64,000 nucleotides of DNA from Octopus sinensis (taxonomy: Eukaryota), in assembly GCF_006345805.1 (NCBI RefSeq), contig NC_043015.1, forward strand, positions 49,290,001 through 49,354,000, read 5' to 3'. The position numbers were made by a program, and so were the translations under genes. Every line of letters begins with the position of its first letter. Position 1 is the stretch's first letter. Positions 9,790-21,228 of the stretch are shown here, in pieces. The notes under the pieces were generated by a model that made no database searches, had not been told where the DNA came from, and saw nothing but the letters and a program-made list of their open reading frames with translations.

Positions 9790-9915
9790 CAAGACAATTC
9801 CCCCTGATGACAACTACCCCCTAGGACAATTACCTCCCTTGGTTGATTCCCCTCTCTCCAATATATTAAGCAGTTTTAAATCATCAACTGTTGTCCTCGG
9901 GGTAATTGTCCGGGG
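9790..9915. mobile_element. Possible MITE remnant with subterminal GGACAATTACC repeats in inverted orientation
   Basis: ggacaattacctcc (about 9823) versus ggggtaattgtcc (about 9899). No TSD identified. Confidence 0.4.
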
Positions 9916-10369
9916 GGGCGGGGCAGACTCCATAAAAACTAATTAAGGAATTTAATTTATACATAGTTATTCTTTTACTTTCCTTTTACTTGTTTCAGTC
10001 ATTTGACTGCAGCCATGCTGGAGCACCATGTTAAAGAGATTTTAGTCAGAGAAATTAACCCCCAGGACTTATTCTTTGTAAGGCTAATACTTATTCTATC
10101 GGTCTCTTTTGTTGAACTGCTAAGTTACGGGGTGGTAAAACACAAATGAGAGTCACCTTTACACAAACAGTATCCTTCATTTCCAGTATTTTGTGGAAAC
10201 ATGTCTGGTCACGGGGAAGTATTACCTTGCATGGATACAGGTGAGGGTTGGTAACAAGAAGAACACCTGGACATAGAAAATCCAGCCTTAGCAAGTTCTG
10301 TCCGACCCATACAAGCATGGAAAAACAGACATCAAAACAAAGATAATACAAATAATTATATAAATCATC

Positions 10370-10790
10370 CTTGTTTTACAGTCTACTTTTCTATGTTTGT
10401 ATAAGTCAGACTGAATTTGTGGCAGCAGATTTTGTGTAGTTGGATGCCCATCCAGTTGTTATCCTTCACCTGGTTCTAAGCAAAGTAATATTCCTCCATT
10501 TCCAGATACGTTTGCACAGAAAATTAGAAACACACAATGCTGTTTGCATGGCTCTTGTTTACAACTAGTCCATGATATCAAGAAAAGAGACATACAAACA
10601 TACAGACACACATTCCACACATATATATGTATATGATGGGCTTCTTTCAGTCTCTGTCTACAAAATCCACTTGCAGAGTTTTGGTTGACCCAGGGCTATA
10701 ACAGGAGATGCTCACCCTAGATACCATACAATGGGACTGAACCCCAAATCCCATAGTTCAGAAGCAAGCTTCTTAACCACACCGCCCTGT
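10370..10790 (-). mobile_element. Chimeric SINE: SINE-B-type head with a different body and RTE-like tail (related copies 15600-15910 and 25020-25820)
   Basis: B head (10790-10600) continues into TTGTAAA..AGC..CA..GAAA..GGCATCCA..CATRGAAAA instead of the B tail. Confidence 0.6.
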
Positions 10791-10849
10791 ATGCACCTCT
10801 GTGCCGACACATACAGACAGATATGGTAATATTCTGTTCCCTGTGGAAG

Positions 10850-11060
10850 GCAGCAAGCTGGCAGAAATGTTAGCATGCCGGGCAAAATGCTTAGCAGTAT
10901 TTTGTCTGTCTATGTTCTGAGTTCAATTTCTGCCAAGGCTGACTTTGCTTTTCATCCTTTCGGGGTCGATAAATTAAGTACCAGTTGCATACTAGGGTCG
11001 ATCTAATTGACTGGTCCCCTCCCTCAAAATTTTGGGCCTTGTGCCTAGAGAAGAAAAGAA
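10850..11060 (+). mobile_element. SINE-A (CCCTCCC...GGCCTTGTGCCTAGAG tail variant)
   Basis: Consensus match. Confidence 0.85.
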
Positions 11061-11895
11061 TATTCTGTTCCTTGTGGTCTTCATCTCACAAGTTACTTGG
11101 TGACTCCACTAATGTTGGTGCCACATAAAAAGCACCCAGCACACTCTGTACAGTGGCTACCATTAAGAAGGATATCTAGCCATGGAAACCACACCAAATC
11201 AAACAATGGAATCTGGTGCAGCCATCAGGCCTTGCCAGCCCCTGTCAAACCATCCAACCCATAACAGACATTAAATGATGATGATATGATAATAAACATT
11301 GGTATAATTTATAAGGTCTAAGAGGTAACAGGCAACCATAGATGTATTTCAATGAATTTCGCCCTTCAGTTATCAGTGAAAGAAGTTGTCTCATCCTCTT
11401 TTTCTAAGTGGGAAACCTACAAATGTGCATAGGACTGTCATCATCTCACATAATTGTAAATTCCAAAATAAGATAATAACAGGATATCTGAAACGACATT
11501 CACTGCATCACAAAGAAATAACATCCAGAAGAAATGTCAAATTAAAACAAATATTCCTAATAAAAACAATACCAAAATATAACAAAAAATGAATAAACAT
11601 TAGTTGTTTATTATTATTATAATTGTTCCAATAGGCACACATTCTTCTTGTTTATTTCAATGAATTAGGATTGGTTGTTGCAATTAATATAATTCAGTAA
11701 TGAATTAACGAGTCTACATCATCTGTTTCTAAAATCATCATCTTATCATCGTCATTATGGTACAATGTTACTATCATTATCTCGAAATGTTGCTGTCATC
11801 ATTCGATCATCAGCATCATCATCCAGTGTTTTAAATCCGGGCTTTGTCCTTGTTAACAGGGGTGACCAGATCTACTTCAATGCCATAGCAACTGA

Positions 11896-11967
11896 GGTAT
11901 ATCAGCTGAAATGTTGTGTTAGCAACAAGCAAGATGAGGACAAATTTCCGTCAAATGTAAATAATGT
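11896..11967 (+). mobile_element. HH-SINE 3' fragment (half hammerhead plus tail)
   Basis: GGTATATCAGCTGAAATGTTGTGTTAGCAACAAGCAAGATGAGGACAAATTTCCGTCAAATGTAAATAATGT; lacks CUGANGA. Confidence 0.8.
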
Positions 11968-12132
11968 GCAGAAGTGGCTGTGTGGTAAGTAGCTTGCTTA
12001 CCAAACACATGGTTCTGGGTTCAGTCCCACTGCGTGGCACCTTGGGCAAGTGTCTTCTACTATAGCCTCGGGCCGACCAAAGCCTTGTGAGTGGATTTGG
12101 TAGACGGAAACTGAAAGAAGCCCATTGTATAT

Positions 12133-14330
12133 CATCATCATCATCATCATCATCATTTAACGTCCGCTTTCCATGCTAGCATGGGTTGGACGGTTCAACT
12201 GGGGTCTGGGGAGCCCGAAAGCTGCACCAGTCCAGTCAGATCTGGCAGTGTTTCTACAGCTGGATGCCCTTCCTAACGCCAACCACTCCGAGAGTGTAGT
12301 GGGTGATTTTATGTGCCACCGACACAGGTGCCAGACGAGGCTGGCAAACGGCCACGCTTGGATGGTGTTTTTTATGTGCCACCGACACAGGTGCCAGACG
12401 AGGCTGGCAGACGGCCAGGCTCGGATGGTGTTTTTATGTGCCACCGACACAGGTGCCAGATGAGGCTGGCGAACGGCCACGATCGGATGGTGTTTGTTAC
12501 AAAGATACAAATTCCATTGATGTTCATCTATTTTGATTTGTTTTGATTTTCACTTGCCTCAACAGGTCTTCACAAGTGTCACAAGAAGGAAGGTAAGCAC
12601 AGGTGGACTGGCTACGTCCCAGGTAAGGGCCACGGGTTATGGCCTGACTAGTCTTGCCGGGTCTTCGGATGGTGTTTTTATGTGCCACCGACATAGGTGC
12701 CAGATGAGGCTGGCGAACGGCCACGATCGGATGGTGTTTGTTACGTGCCCACAGCACGGAGGCCATTCGATGCGGTACTGGCTACGGCCACGTTCGGATG
12801 GTTTTCTTGTGTGCCACCGGCACTGGTACCACAAAGATACAAATTCCATTAATGTTCATCTATTTTGATTTGTTTTGATTTGATTTTATTTGATGTTGAT
12901 TTTCACTTGCCTCAACAGGTCTTCACAAGTGTCACAAGAAGGAAGGTATGCACAGGTGGACTGACTACGTCCCAGGTAGGGGCCACAGGTTATGGCCTGA
13001 CTAGTCTTGCCGGGTCTTCGGATGGTGTTTTTATGTGCCACCGACACAGGTGCCAGATGAGGCTGGCGAATGGCCACGATCGGATGGTGTTTGTTACGTG
13101 CCCACAGCACGGAGGCCAGTCGGTGTGGTACTGGCTACGGCCACGTTCGGATGGTTTTCTTGTGTGCCACCGGCACTGGTACCACAAAGATACAAATTCC
13201 ATTAATGTTCATCTATTTTGATTTGTTTTGATTTGATTTGATTTGTTTTGATTTTCACTTGCCTCAACAGGCCTTCACAAGTATCACAAGGAGGAAGGTA
13301 TGCACAGGTGGACTGACTACGTCCCAGGTAGGGGCCATGGGATATGGCCTGACTAGTCTTGCCGGGTCTTCGGATGGTGTTTTTATGTGCCACCGACATA
13401 GGTGCCAGATGAGGCTGGCGAACGGCCACGATCGGATGGTGTTTCTTATGTGCCCACAGCACGATGGCCAGTCGATGCGGTACTGACTACGGCCACGTTC
13501 GGATGGTTTTCTTGTGTGCCACCGGCACTGGTACCACAAAGATACAAATTCCATTAATGTTCATCTATTTTGATTTGTTTTGATTTGATTTTATTGATGT
13601 TGATTTTCACTTGCCTCAACAGGTCTTCACAAGTGTCACAAGAAGGAAGGTATGCACAGGTGGACTGACTACGTCCCAGGTAGGGGCCACAGGTTATGGC
13701 CTGACTAGTCTTGCCGGGTCTTCGGATGGTGTTTTTATGTGCCACCGACACAGGTGCCAGATGAGGCTGGCGAATGGCCACGATCGGATGGTGTTTGTTA
13801 CGTGCCCACAGCACGGAGGCCAGTCGGTGTGGTACTGGCTACGGCCACGTTCGGATGGTTTTCTTGTGTGCCACCGGCACTGGTACCACAAGATACAAAT
13901 TCCATTAATGTTCATCTATTTTGATTTGTTTTGATTTGATTTGATTTGTTTTGATTTTCACTTGCCTCAACAGGCCTTCACAAGTATCACAAGGAGGAAG
14001 GTATGCACAGGTGGACTGACTACGTCCCAGGTAGGGGCCATGGGATATGGCCTGACTAGTCTTGCCGGGTCTTCGGATGGTGTTTTTATGTGCCACCGAC
14101 ATAGGTGCCAGATGAGGCTGGCGAACGGCCACGATCGGATGGTGTTTCTTATGTGCCCACAGCACGATGGCCAGTCGATGCGGTACTGACTACGGCCACG
14201 TTCGGATGGATTTCTTGTGTGCCACAGGCACTGGTACCACAAAGATACAAATTCCATTGATGTTCATCTATTTTGATTTGATTTGATTTTCACTTGCCTC
14301 AACAGGTCTTCACAAGTGTCACAAGAAGGA
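12133..14330 (-). mobile_element. RTE 3'-UTR-derived insertion containing a tandem array
   Basis: (ATG)n tail at 12133-12156, RTE-type terminal sequence, TGTATAT target duplication. Confidence 0.8.
12504..14330. repeat. About 352-bp tandem array, 5 units plus a partial, alternating A/B variants (703-bp higher-order repeat)
   Basis: gatacaaattccatt at 12504, 12836, 13189, 13541, 13892, 14244. ORFs 13202..13462 and 13905..14165 are identical, 703 bp apart. Confidence 0.95.
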
Positions 14331-15224
14331 TGTATATATATGTGTGTGTGTGTATGTGTGTGTGTGTGTGTGTGTTTGTGCATTTGTGTTTGTCCCCCCA
14401 ACATTGCTTGACAACCAATGCTGGTGTGTTTACATCCCCGTAACTTAGCAGTTTGGCAAAAGACACCGATAGAATAAGTACTAGGCTTACAAACTAGGGG
14501 GGGGGGGGCAATTTGCTCGACTAAAGGCGATGCTCCAGTATGGCCACAGTCAAATGACTGAAACAAGTGAAAGAGTAAAAGAGCAAGTGTTCTACATCGT
14601 ATATGTCAAAATGAGATATAGAAAAGAGATAATTTAAAAAGAAAAAAAAACGATTTATATATATGGCCTTCTGGCTTCCCAGACCCCAGTTGAACCGTCC
14701 AACCCATGCTAGCATGGAAAAACGGACGTTAAACGATGATGATGAGAAAAAAGCAGATGACAAATTGTTAACATGAGGGAGATGATGTAAAGCAATGATT
14801 CAAGAATAACAACCCAACCCCCTCACCCCACCATCACTCACAACAATAAATCTTAATCTCTCTCAGCGTCAGAACTATTTTACCGAAGGAATAAGACAGA
14901 AGAGTGAAGAAAGAAGAAGAAGAAAGAAAATGAAAGAGAGATGGTTTTTTTGTATCAGTCATCTTAGCAATGGTAAACACCAGCTGATGTCCCGGAATAC
15001 TCGATCAATAAAAATCGTTACATTGATTAGTTAATGGGGGAGTTCAATCAATTAACATAGGGGAAAAACATGTAGATGTATTGACCTGTCAGATGAGTTG
15101 GCAAGGAAACAATTGATAAAGTGTGTGTTTATGGGATGGTTTGGAAAGTTTTAAGTGAAAAGATACCCTGGCACAGAAATGGTAAGGTGTCTGACAATTG
15201 GCGGTGTCAGCATTGTTGTTGTTG

Positions 15225-15605
15225 TCATCGTCATCGTCATCATCACTGACATTGTCGTCGTCGTCGTCGCTGTCATCATCATTCTCGCCATCATCAGCAT
15301 CACCACCATCATCATCATCATCATCGTCATCGTCATCATCATCACCGACAATTGTCATCGTCATCGTCACTGTCATCATCATTGTCGCCATCGTCATCAT
15401 CATCATCATCGTCATCGTCATCATCATCATCATCGTCATCGTCATCATCATCATCACTGTCATCATCATCATCATCATCACCGTCATCGTCACTGTCATC
15501 ATCATTATTATCATCGTCATCGTCAACATCGTCATCGTCAACATTGTTATCGTCATCATCATCGTCATCGTCATCATTATCATTTGTTGTCATTATCATC
15601 ATCAT
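15225..15605. repeat. (CAT/CGT)n trinucleotide microsatellite
   Basis: Direct reading. Confidence 0.95.
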
Positions 15606-16224
15606 TGTTTTAATGTTCCCTTTTCTATGCTTGCATGGGTCAGATAGAATTTGTTGAGGTGAATTTCTTACAGTTGGGTGCCCTTGCTTTCACCAACCCT
15701 CACCTGTTCCCCAGTAAAGCAATATTTCCCCATGACCTGACATGTTTTCCATTGAAGATTGGATATGAAGAACACCTCCCACATGGCAGCGATGTTCATT
15801 TACAACTATCATACAAAGTCCAAGCAAAGACACATACACACAGACATATATATACGTACATATATATATATGATGGGCTTCTTTCAGTTTCCATTTACCA
15901 AATTAATTCATAAGCATTTGGGAAACTGGCTCTATGTCCCATATAGAATAATGTGGACTACCCACCTAACCATGAAAATAGGTAAGGGTTGGCAACAGGA
16001 AAAGCATCCAGCTGTAAAAGTCCTGTCTCAAGTCCCTCTTTGTCTAACTCTTGCTAACATGGAAATATGGAATAAAAAAGACATTAAACAGAGGAATGAT
16101 ACTATAATAACGTGGTCCAGTGGTTAGGGTGTTGCACTCGTGATCTAGCAATCATGGGTTCGATTCCTGGATTGAGCAGTGCACTGTGTTCGTGAGCAAA
16201 ACACATCGTTTCAGAGCTGTCTTT

Positions 16225-16520
16225 TTAAGCTTTCTACTTATTCTATTGGCCTTTTTTGGCCAAACTGCTAGGTTATGGGGGACATAAACACATCAACACC
16301 ATTTGTCAAGTGGTGGTGGGGGAAAAATACAGACACAAGGATACACACACACACACACACACACATGACGGGCTTCTTTCAGTTTCCGTCTGCCAATTCC
16401 ACTCGCACGGCTTTTGTTGGCCCAAGGCTATAACTGAAGACACATGCTCAAGGTGCCACACAGTTGGATTGAACCTAGAACCACGTGGTCGGGAAGCAAA
16501 CTTTTTACCACAGAGCCACA
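16225..16520 (-). mobile_element. Diverged SINE-B
   Basis: Consensus match; head ends near 16520. Confidence 0.8.
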
Positions 16521-16665
16521 ACTATTTTTAGAATGACATTGTAGGGTCGGTGGAAAAGACTTGACCAAGCTGGTTTGAACATAAAATGTTGAATATTTGG
16601 GCCAGATATGATTGGCTTAAAAGATTAAGGGTGAGAGTTTGACCGAAAAGAATACTGTTACTTAC

Positions 16666-16747
16666 AATAACTGCATATATTAATACACTTCCAATGTTAT
16701 CGTAGAAAATACTGTCGTTTAGACTGTAAGCCGCTTCCAAGATAATG
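16666..16747 (-). CDS. SLC9A: NHE coding exon 5: (P)IILEAAYSLNDSIFYDNIGSVLIYAVI
   Basis: Acceptor ctgtttcag at 16748-16749, donor GTAAGT at 16665; 82 nt, phase 2 to 0. Visible inside ORF 16528..16776. Confidence 0.94.
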
Positions 16748-16816
16748 CTGAAACAGGAAAGTTCACAATAAGACACAGAACACTAAATTTAATGAGAAAG
16801 GAGAATTTTGTTACAT

Positions 16817-16986
16817 AGGCACAGGAGTGGCTGTGTGGTAAGTAGCTTGCTTACCAACCACATGGTTCCGGGTTCAGACCCACTGCGTGGCACCTTGGGC
16901 AAGTGTCTTCTACTATAGCCTCGGGCCGAGCAAAATTATTGTGAGTGGATTTGGTAGACGGAAACTGAAAGAAGCCAGTCATATAT

Positions 16987-17049
<63 letters not shown>

Positions 17050-17587
17050 TGTAGGAGTGGCTGTGTGGTAAGTAGCTTGCTTACCAACCACATGGTTCCG
17101 GGTTCAGTCCCACTGCATGGCATCTTGGGCAAGTGCCTTCTACTATAGCCTCAGGCCAACCAAAGCCTTGTGAGTGGATTTGGTAGACGGAAACTGAAAG
17201 AAGCCTGTCGTATATATGTGTATATATATATGTGTGTGTATGTTTGTGTGTCTGTGTTTGTACCCCTAGCATTGCTTGACAACCGATGCTGGTGTGTTTA
17301 CGTCGCCGCCACTTAGCGGTTCGGCAAAAGAGACCGATAGAATAAGTACTGGGATAACAAAGAATAAGTCCCGGGATCGACTTGCTCTACTAAAGGCGAT
17401 GCTCCAGCATGACCACAGTCTGAACAAGTAAAAGTAAAGAGAAAGAGAGACCATTATCAGTATTTATCACAACCGTCTGACAAACAGGAACATGAAACTC
17501 TGAGTAACAGTTCTGTGATAATTTTGCAGCTTTAATAAAAAGTATATATATACAGACGGAAACTGAAAGAAGCCCGTTGTATATATG

Positions 17588-17659
<72 letters not shown>

Positions 17660-17865
17660 TGTGTCTGTGTTTGTGCCCCCCCCCCAGCATCGCTTGACAA
17701 CCGATGCTGGTTTGTTTACGTCTCCGTAACTTAGCGGTTCGGCAAAAGAGACCGATAGAATAAGTACTAGGCTTACAAAGAATAAGTCCTGGGGTCGATT
17801 TCTCGACTAAAGGCGGTGCTCCAGCATGGCCACAGTCGAATGACTGAAACAAGTAAATGAGTAAA
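16817..17865 (+). mobile_element. Cluster of SINE-B copies (16817-16985 head half; 17045-17450 full; 17553-17865 3' part)
   Basis: Consensus matches separated by (TA)n. Confidence 0.87.
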
Positions 17866-18423
17866 ACATATACACAGTGTGTATTAGGTGCCTTTTTTTC
17901 TGTGACACTGGCACCTATGAGGTTGCCAAGTGACTCACAAGACAAAGAAAAGAAAGGAAAAGGGGCAAGCCCACCTCAACTGAGTGGGTGTGTATTAAAA
18001 AGAGAGAAGTGGGTTGGGGTACTTTTAAACCAATTACCCCCCCAAATATATTTATTTACGCTGACGTTACCCCCTTGATTTGAAAGGAAGAAAATCATAG
18101 ATTCTTTGAATTCAAAAGGTTTCATTGAATCTGTTCATATGAAGAATTCAATTACAAACATAAAAAGTATAAAACAAATGCAATAAAATAGATAAATATC
18201 CTCATTATGAAACAAAAGGATTTTTCTAGAAACTTCTTCACTTCGGGTTTTGGAGAAATGTAGTTTCATTTTTGTTACAATTACATAAAAAATGGAACAT
18301 TTCGATGCCAGAGCAATTTGGATACAGTCTTTGGGGTCTAATTAATTACTCTGGTTTGTTTTTATGTTCATTAGAGTGGAAAATCCTTTACGTTATTTAT
18401 ATTATTTACAGTTCTATATTTAA

Positions 18424-18645
18424 CCCTTTTGTTACCGTATTTATTTTGAGATGCTCTGTGTTTCTTTCAATTAATTGTAAATATAACAAAGAATTTAGTA
18501 AAATTACTTACTTATCATTCAGCTACTGTTAGGATCATAAATTGTGACTAAGGTTTGGTAGTATATTTTAATGAAAAACTTATGAAAACAAGACATTTAT
18601 ACTACAGAGCCAGAGCCAGTTTTGGCCGGGTTAGTATCAAAAGGG
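18424..18645. mobile_element. piggyBac-type MITE family 1 (TTAA TSD, CCCTTT...AAAGGG ends)
   Basis: TTAA at 18420-18423 and 18646-18649; terminal inverted CCCTTTTG/CAAAAGGG. Homologous to 63002-63470. Confidence 0.88.
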
Positions 18646-18704
18646 TTAAGGGATAAGGAATTATGTACATTATTTACTTATTTGTCCTCATCTTGTTTGT
18701 TGTT

Positions 18705-18750
18705 AACACAACATTTCAGCTGATATACTCTCCAGCCTTCTTCAGGTGTC
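18705..18750 (-). ncRNA. Minimal hammerhead motif (copy 2; C11.1 to U and C15.2 to U)
   Basis: GACAC-CUGAAGA-A-GGCUG-GAGAGUAUAU-CAGCU-GAAAU-GUU-GUGUU. Confidence 0.62.
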
Positions 18751-19254
18751 TTGGGGAAATTTCGAACCTGGGTTCTTATTCGTAAGGTATTTTTCAATGT
18801 AATTATTATTATTATTATTATTGTTATTGTTCAGGTCACTGCTAGGAACCCAACTCGGAATCTTGGGGTTAGTAGCCCGTGCTCTTAACCACTACGCCAT
18901 ATATCCGTCGAATGTAAATAATGTACATAATTCCTCATCTCTTAAATATAGAACTGGAAAATCCTTGTTTGCAAAGGTAAGTTGTTGTGAAAGGCAGCAA
19001 CTTTTTGACTATCTCTTCATGCCAGAAGAAAAATTTCTATCATAACAAGGAACATGATTTTTTTATATAATTTTATTTATATCTAATTAGTCCTCATTGC
19101 TCCCAAGAATTTCATTTTTATCCCACTTGGGGTAATTTACCCTGGTTCACCAACCCCTGTTCTAAAACATAATAGAGGGGCAGGTACAGGTGTCTTACTA
19201 TCAAGAAGATGGCTTCCTTGCATTATGCGACAATGTTACAAGTATACATGTATG

Positions 19255-19465
19255 TTTAAAGTATGGCCGTTTGCCAGCCCCGTCTGGCACGTAAAAAGCA
19301 CCCACTACACTCATGGAGTGGTTGGCGTTAGGAAGGGCATCCAGCCGTAGAAACATTGCCAGATCAGACTGGGCCTGGTGCAGCCTTCTGGCCTCCCAGA
19401 CCCCAGTTGAACCGTCCAACCCATGCTAGCATGGAAAGCGGACGCTAAATGATGATGATGATGAG
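19255..19465 (+). mobile_element. RTE 3' UTR fragment
   Basis: GGCACGTAAAAAGCACCC...GGACGCTAAATGATGATG. Confidence 0.82.
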
Positions 19466-19640
19466 GGTAGCTAGAAAGGAAATACAGTTGGTGATGAGGG
19501 AGTTCCTGAGCATAATCACAAGGTAAAGGAAAACAAATACATGGGATGTTTCTTATAAAACTCAGCAGCAAAGATTTGCTTCTGATGTTAAGAAATAATG
19601 GCAGAGTTAAGATTAGAAGCGTTCGTATTGGTTTACTTAC

Positions 19641-19712
19641 GGTGGCAGAAGATAAAGAAAGAAATCATGTGGAGTGAAAAATTTAGGAAACTGTGCTGAA
19701 TATCCCAGGACA
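19641..19712 (-). CDS. SLC9A: NHE coding exon 4: (H)VLGYSAQFPKFFTPHDFFLYLLP(P)
   Basis: Acceptor ttttctttctttcag at 19713-19714, donor GTAAGT at 19640; 72 nt, phase 2 to 2. Contains the FFLYLLPP motif. Confidence 0.94.
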
Positions 19713-19746
19713 CTGAAAGAAAGAAAAATATAAAACTTGAATGATA

Positions 19747-20130
19747 TAGGCGCAGGAGTGGCTGTGTGGTAAGTAGCTTGCTTAGCAACCACATAGTTCC
19801 GGGTTCAGTCCCACTGCGTGGCATCTTGGGCAAGTGTCTTCTGCTATAGCCCCGGGCCGACCAATGCCTTGTGAGTGGATTTGGTAGACGGAAACTGAAA
19901 GAAGCCTGTCGTATATATGTATATATATATATGTGTGTGTGTCTGTATTTGTCCCCCTAGCATTGCTTGACAACCGATGCTGGTATGTTTACGTCCCCGT
20001 CACTTAGCGGTTCGGCAAAAGAGACCGATAGAATAAGTACTGGGCTTACAAAAGAATAAGTCCCGGGGTCGAGTTGCTCGATTAAAGGCGGTGCTCCAGC
20101 ATGGCCGCAGTCAAATGACTGAAACAAGTA
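19747..20130 (+). mobile_element. SINE-B, full length, low divergence
   Basis: Consensus match; starts about 35 nt from the exon 4 acceptor. Confidence 0.9.
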
Positions 20131-20199
20131 AAAAAAAAAAAAAAAAAAAAAATATTGCAATAGATATGTCACAATGATCTCATTATTAATGTATTATAA

Positions 20200-20890
20200 G
20201 GCGGTGAGCTGGCAGAATTGTTAGCATGCCGGGCGAAATGCTTAGTGGTATCTTGTCTGTCTTTACGTTCTGAGTTCAAATTCCACCGAGGTCGACTTTG
20301 CCTTTCATCCTTTCGGGGTCGATAAATTAAGTACCAGTTACGCACTGGAGTCGATGTAATCGACTTAATCCATTTGTCTGTCCTTGTTGGTCCTCTCTGT
20401 GTTTAGCCCCTTGTGGGTAGTAAAGAAATAGGTATTTCATCTGCTGCAACGTTCTGAGTTCAAATTCCGCCGAGGTTGACTTTGCCTTTCATCCTTTCAG
20501 GGTCGATTAAAAATGTACCAGTTATGTACTGGGGTCAATATAATTGACTTAATCCGTTTGTCTGTCCTTGTTGGTCCTCTCTGTGTTTAGCCCCTTGTGG
20601 GTAGTAAAGAAATAGATATTTTGTCTGTTTTTATGTTCTGAGTTCATTAAGTACCAGTTGAGTACTCAGGTCGATCTAATCGACTGGCCCCCTCCCACAA
20701 AATTTTGGGTCTTGTGCCAAGAGTAAAAAAGATTATTAATGTATTATAAGGTAGCGAGCTAGCAGAAATGTTAGCATGCCGGGTGAAATGCTTAGCGGTA
20801 TTTCGTCTGATTTTACATTCTGAGTTCAAATTCCGCTGAGGTTGACTTTGCCTTTCATCCTTTCAGGGTCGATAAATTAAGTACCAGTTG
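20200..20890 (+). mobile_element. SINE-A multimer (full unit, two head-truncated units, then a further copy)
   Basis: Junctions GAAATA|GGTATTTC at about 20430 and GAAATA|GATATTTT at about 20614. Confidence 0.85.
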
Positions 20891-21228
20891 CATAAATATG
20901 TGTGTGTGTATGTATTTGTGTGTCTCCGTCTGTTGCCCCACCATTGCTTGACAACCGATGTTGGCATGTTTATGTCTCTATAACTTAGCGGTTCATCAAA
21001 AGAACCAATAGAATAAGTACCATAAATCCTGGGGTCAATTTGTTCGACTAAAGGTGGTGCTCCAGCATGGCCACAGTCATATGACTGAAACAAGTGAAAG
21101 AATAAAATAATACAAGATGGATTTCCTGAAGGTTTCCACCTACCAAATTCACTTACCCAAGATGCCACCCTGTGGAACTGAACTTGAAACGAAGCAGTCG
21201 CAGAGCATACTTCTTAACCACACAGCCA

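Larger units (their letters stand above)
11972..14583 (+). mobile_element. SINE-B split at its (TA)n by a 2.2-kb insertion (halves 11972-12132 and 14331-14583)
   Basis: The 5' half ends gaagcccattgtatat; the 3' half resumes tgtatatatatgtgtg...ccccccaacattgcttgacaacc. TGTATAT is duplicated on both sides of the insert. Confidence 0.85.
18409..18956 (-). mobile_element. HH-SINE copy 2 with inverted 3'-tail copy at its 5' end, interrupted by a TTAA MITE
   Basis: Left end cagttctatatttaa, right end ttaaatatagaactg. Head TGGCGTAGTGGTTAAGAGCACGGGCTACTAACCCC. GGAAAATCCTT occurs at 18378-18388 and 18956-18966. Confidence 0.85.

Noticed and set aside
9804-9810. Isolated CTGATGA
   Set aside because: No stem II and GAAA follow; it is expected by chance.
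11421-11487. AG...GT-bounded 67-nt segment with one open frame (YPVIILFW...) as an alternative NHE exon
   Set aside because: It has no NHE similarity, and 67 nt would break the frame between exons 5 and 6.
12504-14330. 352-bp array as a hammerhead retrozyme or a coding repeat
   Set aside because: The closest motif is CAGAUGA-GGCUG..CGGCC with no following GAAA, and I found no CUGANGA on either strand. The repeated ORFs simply track the DNA repeat.
15089-15657. Long ORFs of poly-M/D/H/S/I (also 26180-26550, 31106-31670, 32249-32648, 43303-43940, 47089-47933, 57912-58261, 62118-62593)
   Set aside because: They are translations of microsatellites and low-complexity tracts, open in several frames, with no splice or homology support.
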